In this document: piece after piece, positions 1 through 11,600 of the stretch
How positions within the stretch are numbered: the stretch's first letter is position 1
Layout of the letters: every line of letters starts with the position of its first letter
Assembly: GCA_013265495.1 (NCBI GenBank)
Contig: MU058531.1
Span: 1,300,911 to 1,364,910 of the forward strand
Direction: 5' to 3'
DNA from: Vicugna vicugna
Lineage: Eukaryota
DNA length: 64,000 bases
Position numbers and translations under genes: made by a program
The notes under the pieces: generated by a model
What the model saw: the letters and a program-made list of their open reading frames with translations, nothing else
Told to the model about the DNA's origin: nothing
The model's database searches: none

Positions 1-414
1 ATGTGGTTGTTTGATAATTGATTGTTTTAATTTACTAAATATGTCACATTTCAGTCCTACCTCCCTAGACTGTATATACATAGGTCACTCAATTGGAGTT
101 CTAAAGGTTCATAAAACTCCTTACACTGCTGTGTACATCCTGTTTCTTGATTTCATCTTGATGAGTAATTTAAGCTATGATTGTCATATTTTGCACATTT
201 ACCATCTAGAGAGTAATCTTTTTTTTAAAATTCTTGTAGGAGGAGGAAGGGTACCTGGCAGGAAAGTTAGGTAACTAACTGTTACTTCCTAAAAGCAAAT
301 AAATTGTATGTAGGCATTTGTTCCAAGTACTTGTCACCAGGCCTTAAATTATGTCCTATGTTTCATTGTTGTTTTGTCCAACAACAGAACTTAAGAAGTT
401 CTTAAAATTAATTC

Positions 415-625
415 AGCAAGCATTTGTTTGCTTACTATGTACTAAGTGCATTACTTGTATTATTTCATATAATCCTCATAAAAACACCTTTCAGATAGGT
501 ACTTTTATTATATCCATTTAGGCAGTGAGAAAATTGAGACAGAAAACAGTTCTTTGCCCTAGAACACAGAGCCAGTAAGAGATTATGCCCACATGTGAAC
601 ATGGGCAGTCAGCTGCAAAGTCAGA
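415..625 (-). mobile_element. MIR SINE relic
   Basis: MIR core-like sequence: cttactatgtactaagtgc...aatcctcata...attatatccattt...tgagaaaattgagacaga. Similar relics at ~2030-2240, ~8135-8290, ~21090-21300, ~22830-23060 and ~56080-56160. Confidence 0.65.
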
Positions 626-646
626 ATTCGTTTATTAGTTAGTACA

Positions 647-710
647 TTCCTTCCTTCCTTCCTTCCTTCCTTCCTTCCTTCCTTCCTTCCTTCCTTCCTT
701 CCTTCCTTCC
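647..710 (+). repeat. (TTCC)16 microsatellite
   Basis: Perfect 64-nt TTCC array, directly followed by an L2-like 3' end (ttcaacaaatgtttaatgagagcc). Confidence 0.95.
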
Positions 711-3700
711 TTCAACAAATGTTTAATGAGAGCCTATTATGTTTTAGACTTGATTCAAGGGGTACAGCTCTAATGATAAAATCCTTGCCCTCATGGGATT
801 TATGCTCTGTTAACTATGTTCTGTGCAGCCATCTTGCATTCTCACTCATCATTTAATCTAAGATGCTTTGATGCTGGTGCTTTTTTCAGTTTCTTATCAG
901 GAAGGTATCCAAGGAAGGTTTGATAACCAGCAGGAGTTTTTCCAGTCATCTGGGAAAACCTCTTTCAACAGACAGAAATGAAGAAACCATTGAAGGCAAA
1001 TACTGTTTCTCTCCCCTTGAACTATCAAGAACAAGTTCTCACAGCTTCTGAGACTACTGTAGGGTTTATCACCATGAAGGTCAAGAATTAAGAATGTCTG
1101 TCTTATGTGATAGTCGCCCCCTACCCTGCCTTTAATTCAGGCCAGCTTTCTCTTAGCCTTTCTGCAAACCTGGACAAATAAGAATCAGTATCTCAGTCAT
1201 AAAGTCTGTTTTAATAGTTGAAGACAGTCTGAAGATACAAGTTTGCCTTTTGTTTTCAAAAGGTTTTTTTGTTTTTGTTTTTGGTCCAAGAGGGAATTGT
1301 GAAATACCAGAGGGAAGATCCTCTTTGGTGGTTTGGCAGCCTCCTCTTTCAGATACAGTTTCCTTCCTCCCTTCCTTCCTCCCACTGGCTCCCCAGCCCC
1401 TCAGCCAGCAAAGCGTTACAGTTAATACCGTGCTGAAGTGTTAACTCCTAACCAGAGCCTCAGGTCCTTCACTGGCTGTTCTCCCTACCTGTGGACTAAG
1501 AATCCTAGTAATCCTAGTGAGCTGAGAACTGATATCTCAAGAGATGGCCCATAAGGGCTTACTTGTGACCCCACCTAGGGAATTTGCATTTTAATGGAAA
1601 ACATTTTTGCTAACCCTTTATTTGAGGTGAATGAATAAAGATTTAACATACTAATTCTACAATGTTGAACTAAGCCAAATTATTAAACATTTTTGTGGAA
1701 CCAGTTTTCTTTGTACAACTTTGAATTGCTCAGTGAAATAGTTAGGTTTCCTCATCATAGTTTTTAAAAATTGAGTGTGATGAATATGGAGTTCAGAGGA
1801 AGGAGTACTTTCTGACCGTTGTGTGCCTTACTTTATGCTGTGTCTCAGTTCTCTCCTGCCAGGAGTGTCTCATTCATTCTACAAACATTCTTTGGGTGTA
1901 TCTTAATAACAGAACTTCTGCTGGTGGGACAGAATTATTTAGGTACTATTCAGCTGCTGATGGTCCACAAAATTTCTGCTTACAGCTCATGTTCTTGAAG
2001 TCCTTTATGGTTTACAATTTAAAAAACATTTCTCACTTATCTCATTTGAACTTATATATGCTCATTATAACAATGCACAAGTATATAGAGAAAATCTTCC
2101 CTGTAGACCAGTGAGTAAGATAATATTAGTCTCATTTTTCATTGGAAGAAAATGAAGCCAAGGGAAGTTCAGTGACTTGCTCTGACTAAAAACCAGATTC
2201 TCTTGACTCTGGATACAGTGTCCTTTCTTCTAAAACCATAGCTGCCTACAAAATTAGGACTTTCTGAATTCACGTGTCTACTTTTCTCTGGTATTTGAAT
2301 TTTGATGTCACTAAATTTCTATACTGCATTTGCCCCAATTGAATTTCATATCTTTTTTTGGTAGAACACTTTTTTTTTCTAACTTTTCCACAATCACTCC
2401 TAACTTAGAATCACCTAAATTCAGATGTGATGGCATATTCTCAGTTTCGGCATTTAAGTCATTTGTCCACTTATGATCCTCAGGGCTTTAACCTGACCTC
2501 TCAAAATAACAGTTGTCGTTCTGTACTGATGTTTTAATATGGTAGCCCTGATGATGGGAGCGAATCCAGTTTTTCCTTAAAGGTTGTACCTATTTTGGTT
2601 ACTTTCTCTGCTCTTCCAGTGTAACTGGAACTTGCTCCAGCCAACTGTTGACATCACAGTAAAGAAAATAAGCTACTTTTTTCTGCCTCTCAACGGAGAA
2701 AAGAAAATTTGGTTGGTTTGTCTGTTTAGCATAATGTATCTAAAGCACTTTATTTACTTAGCCAGTTGCACCATCTTTGGCAGACTAATCTGTCTAGTCC
2801 AAATGCTGCTCACTTGTACTTTTCATGTTTTGACTGAATTTCTCTTTTTTTCTGGCTTTCTCGTTTATTTTTCACATCCCACATCCATAGCTTTTGATAT
2901 TTTGCCTTGCCGTCTTTGTAACTGGCAGAGTCTTGAGCATGTAGGGCTGATTTATTGACTACCCATAGTACTCCTTCTTTCAACTGGAGTTTTTGTCATT
3001 TGAGTCTCCTCCATTTAATACTTTATTAATAAATGTGGTGTATTGCTCCGTAATTGTTTCTCATGGATAAGTCTCTACTCCCTGGTGTGACTTTAATTAG
3101 TAGTCCTGGAGGGCAGGGATTATGCCTTAACATATCCTTGTAAGGATCCCTCCAGGAAGAAACCCAAGAGAAAATACACAGAATATGTCTTACAGTGTGT
3201 GCAGTTATTCGGTCTTTCAGTTTTTATTTGAATGATTACTGTTTGGCATCCACTCTGGTAGGAATGCATAGTCCAGCGGTGGATCCACGGGGCTTACAAA
3301 GGATGGGGTAAGCCAGGTAATTCAAGACAGTGTGGTGTGGGACTTGGGAATACGGATGAGTTGTTTTTATATATGGTGTGTGTATGTCAGGGAGGCTCCT
3401 CAGCTATCTAGTTGCCTGAGAAGGTGGCCTTGGAGATCGCCTGACACCTAAAGGATAAGTAAGTTGTGCGGATTTAGCAAGGGAGGGGGAGGCGATTGGA
3501 CAAGGATGCTCAGTTGAAAGAACACCCATCACTCTAGCTAGAGGCTGCAGCGTGGAGTTCAATGGAGAGACTGTAGAAGTGACAGGAATCTGGGATGAGC
3601 TTGTTAAGTATTTGGGCTTTATCTTAAGAACAAGGGTCTTTTAAGCCAGGGAGCAGCATGATCAAATTTTTAGTTAGAAAGAGTCCTGTGGCTGTGCTGT

Positions 3701-6700
3701 GGAGAATGGTTTGGCAGAGGAGAGCTGTAGGGAGACCGCTTAAAAGTTCATCGAAATAATGGCGGGTGGAGATGGTGGTTATCTGAACCAGGGTGGGCTA
3801 AGTGGAAGGACTCAAAAGACAGTTAGCAGAGAGAGTCCTTGAGAATTATTGATTACAAGGGAGGGGTGTGTTAAGAGAAAAAGATACATGGTCAAGGATG
3901 AATGGAAGTCCTTCGGTTCTCTGTTCCCTCCCATTCCTCCATCATTGATTTTAGACAATCATAGATTTTGAGCTGTAATATCCATGGCCATAAAATAAAG
4001 ACATTTAGGCCCACACTTTAAATTTTAATGTTTTCTAAAGTCTCCATAGGAAGACTTTTAGATTGCAGAGGGTAGTTTTATGTTAGAGATAATGTATGTT
4101 AAAAGACTAAATAGCATACTTAGGTATATAAAATAATTTACAATAATGGTAAAGTCATCTTATTTAATATTTCAGGGAAATGTAAAGATGTAACTCTATT
4201 TTGAAAATGTTATTAAATGCTATTAAACATCTATTCACTGATGATACATTTGTTAGGAAGGAATGTGAACTTCACAGTATAGAATTATCCATCCATTACC
4301 TAGCCTTAACTGAAATAAAAATCTAGACATAAAGTATAAAGTAATGAAAAGGTTTGTTAGGTATGCAGATAGCTCCAAGTAGTTCCAGGGGCTATCTTGA
4401 GCCATTTGTGGTTCCCTGGAAGAGTCTGAATCAGTGATCAAAGGACACAAGTTATCACTTTGGGATTATGTCTCTTTGATAGGAAATCAGCAGTGACCAG
4501 TTCCCTCCTAAGTGCTCTAGTTATTTCCCTCCCTCCCTTCATTTATTCTTCCCTCCTCATGTCCCTTTATTTTTTTTTTAAGTTAATCTCTTTCCTACCT
4601 AACTGCCCTTAAATTCTTGGATTTGAGAAGTTCTCTTGAGACATGTGAATAACATGGAACTGGCACTTTTGGCCTTGGCTTTACCAAAATCAGCTCTATG
4701 ATAATGAATCTGCCACTTCTCAGGATCTTGGTTTCTACACCTGTAAAACGAGAAGGCTCCAGTAGATTTGTGATAGGGGACTTTCAGCTGTGATTCTTTC
4801 GTCTGCCTTTTCTCTTTCCTGGTCCTGGATATCCAGGTACTTCCAGGACTTTGTCTACTACAGGTCCTACTGTTGTTTGAGATTTGTTGTCAGAGCCACC
4901 CCCTCACATTGAAGCTTCTATGGTTTGTTCCAGCTCCAGTGTCAGAACCAAAGGACTAAAAGGGTGAGTTACTGGAAAGCAGTGCCAAGGGAGGAGATGC
5001 AGCACAGCAGCTGAAAAGCCCTGTGCTTAATGCTTAGAGCCTTCACGTGAGTCAGGGAATCTCCACCTATGCAACATTCCATCCCGCCATTTCTTTTGTT
5101 ATTATTTTTTTTAACCAGACAGATTTTTAAATTTGTTTTGTTTTTCTTTTGTGTGTGCATTTTTTTTCTTGGAGTGGGAAAGTGGGGGGGTGTTTATTAA
5201 AGAGGGGAAAGGAGAAATTCCTGAACATTTTACTACAAACCATGCTGCTTCTAGGGACACAAAACACAGATTTTTCTTGCAAAGGCTGTCATTCTCTCCC
5301 CACTTGCAAGCCGCCACTTGCACTTCATGGTGGCAGTCCGTCTCCACGTGTGTCTTCAGGTTCTGCTCGATAGCATGCCTGTCACCCTTCCCTCCATTGC
5401 TAATATAAATCCTCCCAGTACCCATCCTCCAGCTCATTTCCTCAGTTCAGGGAATGCTGATTAAGCCCACTTACTGTTAATCACCAATCACATTTAAGCC
5501 CCCTGGACTTCATTAGGTGTTATTCTTTAAAAATATATTTAAAATAACTTCAGATACAAATTAGGAAAATACGAAGTCATATGTTGTAGTATATACAGTA
5601 ACATCTTCCACTACATATTTTAAAAACAGTAGAAATAGGGTGACTTTTCACATTCTGATGGGTTTAGTTTCCAGGATGAAAGACCTGGAGAGTAATCTTT
5701 CAGCTAGAAAGTCATTTTACCCCAACTTGTTTTCTGTGCTCCTTGTGACTACTGGGACTTACTGAAGATGATCCCAGCTTGGAAATTGGGGTGTATACTT
5801 TTGCAAAATGGCTCTTATAAGGACTATGAAAATGTCGTCATTGAAAACTGTTTCAGAAAATGTATCGCCCCTGCTGTGATGTTAAAAATGGTCATTTAAA
5901 AATGTTATGACCACTCTACGTAAGTTTAATTATAAATTGGATATTTTTAAAGCTGTCTTGTCTACATCTTGGTGCATTTTAAAGTTGAAATGGATCTTTG
6001 AACACTCGTGTGCTGCTAGATCAGTGGTCACTGGGTTCGTTGGTTCGCCACCAGCGCCATTTCCACTGTGGTAGTAAGGTGACTCGTGTCAATTGGAGAT
6101 AAAGCAAATACTCTGCATTAGTTTTCCCCCACCCCCTCTCCATTACTGTCAACTCCTAGCCGTCAGGGCTCTCACTTCTCCAGAAGCGGAGATGATGTAA
6201 CTCCAGCATCTTTCCCTCTAACAGGCCAGGTTGAAAGTTGCCCTTGGCAGATACGCTTTGGGGTGTTCTTTTGAACTTTTGTTTTGCTGGTGGAGACCAC
6301 ACTGACTGGCCTGCTATCCTAGGATTACTGGATTGCAGTCTTCTAAGCAGCAAAAAATCAGGTGTAATTTATGTTTAGCAAAATAGTGGTTGTAGTAGAA
6401 ATGTGTAAGTTTGTGGAATGCAGTAGAATAGGATTGAGTGACTTTGAGGAATCTTTTAATGCATGCTTTTGGGTAAATTTTTTTTGCAGTGAACGGTCTC
6501 TTGTAGACCTCAAAGTCCAAAAGAAAGATAGCTGGGATTTTTTTGTCTGTTTGCTTTGAACCTTGCAAACAGTAAGGATTCTTTACCTTTTTACTAACAC
6601 CCCCACCACACTCCGCTTGCTTACAGTTGTCAGTAACCCCGATCTCCAGACCCACCCCACAGTAACAAGTTCCTTAGTGATTCTTAAAAAAGGTGCAGAT

Positions 6701-6899
6701 CAAGGGACATCTTCGTCCCCACCGCGGCCCAGATGGGACTGATTTGGGGAAGACGCAGCTGAGTAGGCAATTTCGCAGGGTGACTCATTCTCAACGCTGA
6801 CCATTGCTTGTAAACCCGCCAGGGAGAATATACCTGACATTGTTATGATGAAAACAACCGGGAGGGGTTGGTGGTGAGAAGAAGAACCGAGATCAAATT

Positions 6900-7560
6900 T
6901 GGCTAAAGCTCTGAGTGGCCCAGGAGCCAGGGCCGGCGGGGCGGCCGCGGCACCTGCGGGGCGCGCGGGCCGGCGGGCGTGGCCTGCGGGCGTGGTGGCG
7001 GGGGGCGTGGCNNNNNNNNNNNNNNNNNNNNNNNNNNNNNNNNNNNNNNNNNNNNNNNNNNNNNNNNNNNNNNNNNNNNNNNNNNNNNNNNNNNNNNNNN
7101 NNNNNNNNNNNNNNNNNNNNNNNNNNNNNNNNNNNNNNNNNNNNNNNNNNNNNNNNNNNNNNNNNNNNNNNNNNNNNNNNNNNNNNNNNNNNNNNNNNNN
7201 NNNNNNNNNNNNNNNNNNNNNNNNNNNNNNNNNNNNNNNNNNNNNNNNNNNNNNNNNNNNNNNNNNNNNNNNNNNNNNNNNNNNNNNNNNNNNNNNNNNN
7301 NNNNNNNNNNNNNNNNNNNNNNNNNNNNNNNNNNNNNNNNNNNNNNNNNNNNNNNNNNNNNNNNNNNNNNNNNNNNNNNNNNNNNNNNNNNNNCCGAGCG
7401 GCGCGTCCGCCGGGCCCGGGCCCGCGCACCTGCCAGGCGGGCGGGGCGGCTTGTGCTCGGACCGCCCCGGGCCGTGCTGCTGGGTCCTGCCGGAGGACGC
7501 GGAAAAGTTCCCTCCCGCCCCCGCGCCGTCACTGCAGCTACTTGCTTCCCTCAACCGTCT
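6900..7560. promoter_or_regulatory. CpG island / PCGF5 promoter, interrupted by an assembly gap
   Basis: Abrupt GC- and CpG-rich sequence on both sides of the N run. GGGCGTGG (Sp/KLF) boxes at 6975, 6988 and 7003, GGGGCGG near 7444, AP-1 TGACTCA at 6781. About 1.6 kb upstream of exon 2. Confidence 0.88.
7012..7393. other. Assembly gap (382 N)
   Basis: Run of N inside the most GC-rich part of the window. Confidence 1.
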
Positions 7561-9145
7561 TGGTGACAGGGCTCAATGGCTTACGATCTTAATGCCACCC
7601 CAGGTTGGGACCGTGCAGCTCCTCTTTCAGAGGACTTTCTCTGACTTTGGAGCTTCGTGGCAAACCTGTGGGAAAGGCAGGGCCGTTAATCCCAATATAG
7701 AGAGGAGGAAGCGAGGACCCAGGCACGGATATTAAGTGCCTTGCTGAAGGTCACGCAGAGCTGACAACCAGAAACCAGACCCCCTGTCTGATAACTATGC
7801 CCGCTTTCTGTTACATCCTCGACGCGATTTCCTGAGCGGATGGGATGATTAATGGTAGAACCTATTCCGTGCACACTGTCAGTGGCGAATTGTCTATAGA
7901 AGATGGAATGTTGCTTTTACCTCTCTGGTTGCTTTATACCTACTTATGAGGTAACAGCGGAGATAGGAGAAAAGTTTTTGTTTATAGAAATACTTTAGGA
8001 AATCAACACCTTTTTTCATGTTGTATTTTCTAAGAGGACATGTTTGTTGTAAAAGGAAAAAAACCCTTTAAAACTTTTTTTTGAAAGAACTATATGGACA
8101 AGTCATGCTAAACTTTTCTGGGGAAAAAGTTAATGACATTGAGCTTTTACAGTGTGCTTGGCTTTATGTATACGTCTCATTGAATCGTCACCACTGTAGG
8201 GGGCTGACATTATTTTCATTTTAGTTTGAAAAAACCTGAGACTTAGAGAAAGGTAAGTAACATTGCTCAGGTTATACATTTACTAAGTGTGACTGGTTTC
8301 TATTAAAGACTTTGTAATAGAGGAGGTAAAGAACGAATATAACTATAAATCAAGATGGAAGGAAAATGTAACAGGATTCAAGAAGTAAAGGGTAAAAATC
8401 CAGGGAGAGATTACACTGAGGGGAGCCTCGGAAGAGGGTTTTGAAGGCTAGGGCTCTAGACAGGAGAGGAAGGGCATAGAACCTGCAGACTGGATTATGG
8501 GAAAGAATGATCCTTTCAGTTTGCCTGAGTGTTGAAGGGTATGTTAAGGTCAGCCCGAGAAATTTAAAAGTTTTTCTGTTACAGAGTAAAGCGGAAACAC
8601 TGACATTCTTTGAGAAGAGGACCCAAACATGATAGAAAAAAATAAACATGGTAGAATATAAGTGGGGCTGCAGGGGGAGAAGTAATACCGAGTAGGATAG
8701 CTGTGGATGGAATGGAAAAGGACATGAGTTTGATTTAGTTACCGACTAGAGGTGGAGTACAAAATGGAAATAGGGAGAGTTTTGATAGGATAATGACTTC
8801 AATTTTGAATCTTTTAGCTTGTGTTGGCAAGAACCCCTAATAGAGCAGTCAAGTAGATAGTTAAAATGCATTACTGAAGAGGTAAAGCTATCAAAACTGG
8901 AGTTAATAGCTTTGGGTGTCATTTGTATAGAGGTGGTAGTTGAAGCTCCAGGATTGGATGCTTTTGTCATTATTCTGAATTAATCATAGCAGGTTTATAA
9001 ATTAATGTTACAGTGAGGGAAATGTTCTATTCACCTGTTCACCCAATTTGGACCATGTAACACTTGCTGCTAATATAATGATGATATTACTGCATGAGGA
9101 ATTTGACACCTTTTTCTCATCTTTTAAAAATTCTTGTGGAAGAAG

Positions 9146-9496
<351 letters not shown>

Positions 9497-9824
9497 TAGA
9501 AAGCTGCCACACTTTGTAATTATTTCAATTTTAACTTTTAAAGCAATGAGTAGTCTAAGAGTTAACTTTGAATTTCTTTTCAGAATTGAATTTACTCGTC
9601 ACTGGGATACCAGTGACATGAATTTTTTCTTTTTTTACTTAAAACATAATAGTTGACTTCTATCTGATTTTTAAAATGTTCTAAGAATCATTTGCAGTTA
9701 TTGGTTATAGGTTTTTTTAAGTGAACTATTTTAAGTTTTTGATTTTTAAAAATTTTACTGAAGGAACTAATATGCTCAGTTAAATTTTTAGGCTATGCAT
9801 GCTTTAAGTCATTGTGGTTTTTCT

Positions 9825-10148
9825 TACCACTTTATTGAGGTATGGTCAACATATAAAAGTTGTACATATTTAATGTATGCAGTTTGGTAAGTTTGGAGAT
9901 AAGTATACATCCGTGAAACCATCACCACATCAATGCCATAAACCTAACCATCACCTTCAAAAGTTTTGTCCCTCCCTCTTATTTATTATTATTATTGTGA
10001 TAACACTCAACATAGAATCTCGGTCTTAGCAAGTTTTACATATACAACACAGTGTTGTTAACTGTAGGTTCTACCCTGTATGGTAAATCTTACTTGTCTT
10101 GAACTTATTTGTCTTGTATACTTGAAGCTGTGTACCCTTTGACTAATA
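9825..10148 (-). mobile_element. L1 (L1MA-like) 3' end fragment
   Basis: ctttattgaggtatggtcaacatataaaagttgtacatatttaatgtatgc...gaaaccatcaccac...tgtaccctttgacta, typical of an antisense L1 3'UTR. Confidence 0.75.
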
Positions 10149-10159
10149 GCCAACTGCTT

Positions 10160-10309
10160 GAGCATCACCTGGGAACTTGTTAGAAACGCAAATGATCAGG
10201 CCTCACCCCCAGAATCATTGAATCAAACACTCTGAAAGTGAGCCCAGCCACTCGTGATAAACAAGCCCTCCAAGTGATTCTGAAGCACGCTCAAGGTCGA
10301 GAGTCACTG
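10160..10309 (+). mobile_element. MER5A-like hAT-Charlie MITE
   Basis: agcatcacctgggaacttgttagaaacgcaaat...gaatcaaacactctg...acaagccctccaagtgattctga. Related copies at ~15060-15230, ~21545-21662, ~27424-27592 and ~59159-59310 (opposite strand). Confidence 0.75.
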
Positions 10310-10807
10310 TTCTAGTATGATCCTGTCTGTGGAACACCTGACAGGTTTCTTTCATGCCTACCCTATCAGTAGAGGAAGAGACATTTTTACAGCCACTTAG
10401 GCCAGAATTTCACATACTTTTGTGCTTTTGCCAATAGGAATTTATTTTCCTGTATCAATGGAAGTAATTCCAGTAAGTTCCAGTTTAATGCCAGTTATGT
10501 GCACCAAAGTAGATACTTTATATACTTGATTTCATTTTAGCTTCACAGCAACCTTGAAGCAGTTTGGAGTGGCTGTGGAGAGAGAGAGTAAAGAGGTTGC
10601 CTTCATTTGCGGGAGTGGAAGCCTAAGAGCTAAGTGGCTTGCCCAGTCTCACAGCCAGTGAACAGTGCACCTGTATTCAGCGCCACAGTCCGCGCTCTGA
10701 GATGACCTGGGGCTTTTTAAAATCCCTCTTTCAGCTCTTCTCCCTCTGCTTAACTAACATAATATTATACCAATAGTTGTAAACAGGGTTGCAAAATAGA
10801 ATCACCT

Positions 10808-10869
10808 GTTAATTGTTAAAATAGCAGATTTTATGTTATATATATTTTACCACAGTTTGAAAAAAAAAA
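10808..10869 (+). mobile_element. Extremely 5'-truncated L1 tail with TSD, inside a MER5-like element
   Basis: attttatgttatatatattttaccacag plus poly(A), flanked by AGAATCACCT at 10798-10807 and 10870-10879. Confidence 0.75.
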
Positions 10870-11109
10870 AGAATCACCTAGGAAGCTGTTTAAACATACA
10901 CTTTCACAGAACTCTACCTGGGGAGGTTTGGTGGGTGTTGTGGTGAGGTCTGGGCGTGTGTATTTGGAAAACCTCTCAAGTGATGTTGCTGTATACTGTG
11001 GGGAGTATTACTGGCCCATGCTACTCAGCAGTTAACTATGAACTGTCTTGAAATATTGATTTACTGTTGTCCTGTCTGATTATTCAACTTGAACAATTAT
11101 CAATTAAAT

Positions 11110-11600
11110 ATCATTAAACAGATGTTTATTGAATACCTACTGTGTGCCAGGCACAGAGGATACAGCCATGAACCAGGTAGTCAAAAATCCCTGCTCTCAA
11201 GAAGTTACTTCCTAGTAGGGGGAGACCAGTAATAAATATACGCCCCGTTAGACGGTGATAAATGCTATGAAGAGGAACAGAGAAGGATTGTAGACAGGAG
11301 GGTTGGGGTTGTTTTATACAGAGTTTCAGGGTCAGCCTCTTTGATACAGTGATGCTTAAACAGAAACCTGAGGATATTGAGCTCTATGGTTACATGGGAA
11401 GAGCATTCTAGGCAGAGGGAGAGGCAAGTACATGGCCTTGAGAGGGGCATGCCCTTGGCAGGTTCAAGGAAGAGCAGCACATCAGTTAGAAGGCTGTGAC
11501 TGCAGGTGAGCTGAAAGGTTGTACAGCTTTCCACCTGGGCAATGAGGTGTGAGATGGAGGCAGGGAAGGGTGACTGGATCATGGGTGTGCTTTGGAGGAA
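11110..11600 (-). mobile_element. L2 LINE relic
   Basis: tttattgaatacctactgtgtgccaggcac (antisense L2 3' end) followed by a purine-rich L2 body. Confidence 0.7.

Noticed and set aside
6700..7735. Long ORFs in several frames across the CpG island
   Set aside because: They are artefacts of the N run plus GC-rich, stop-poor sequence, and no recognisable protein is encoded.
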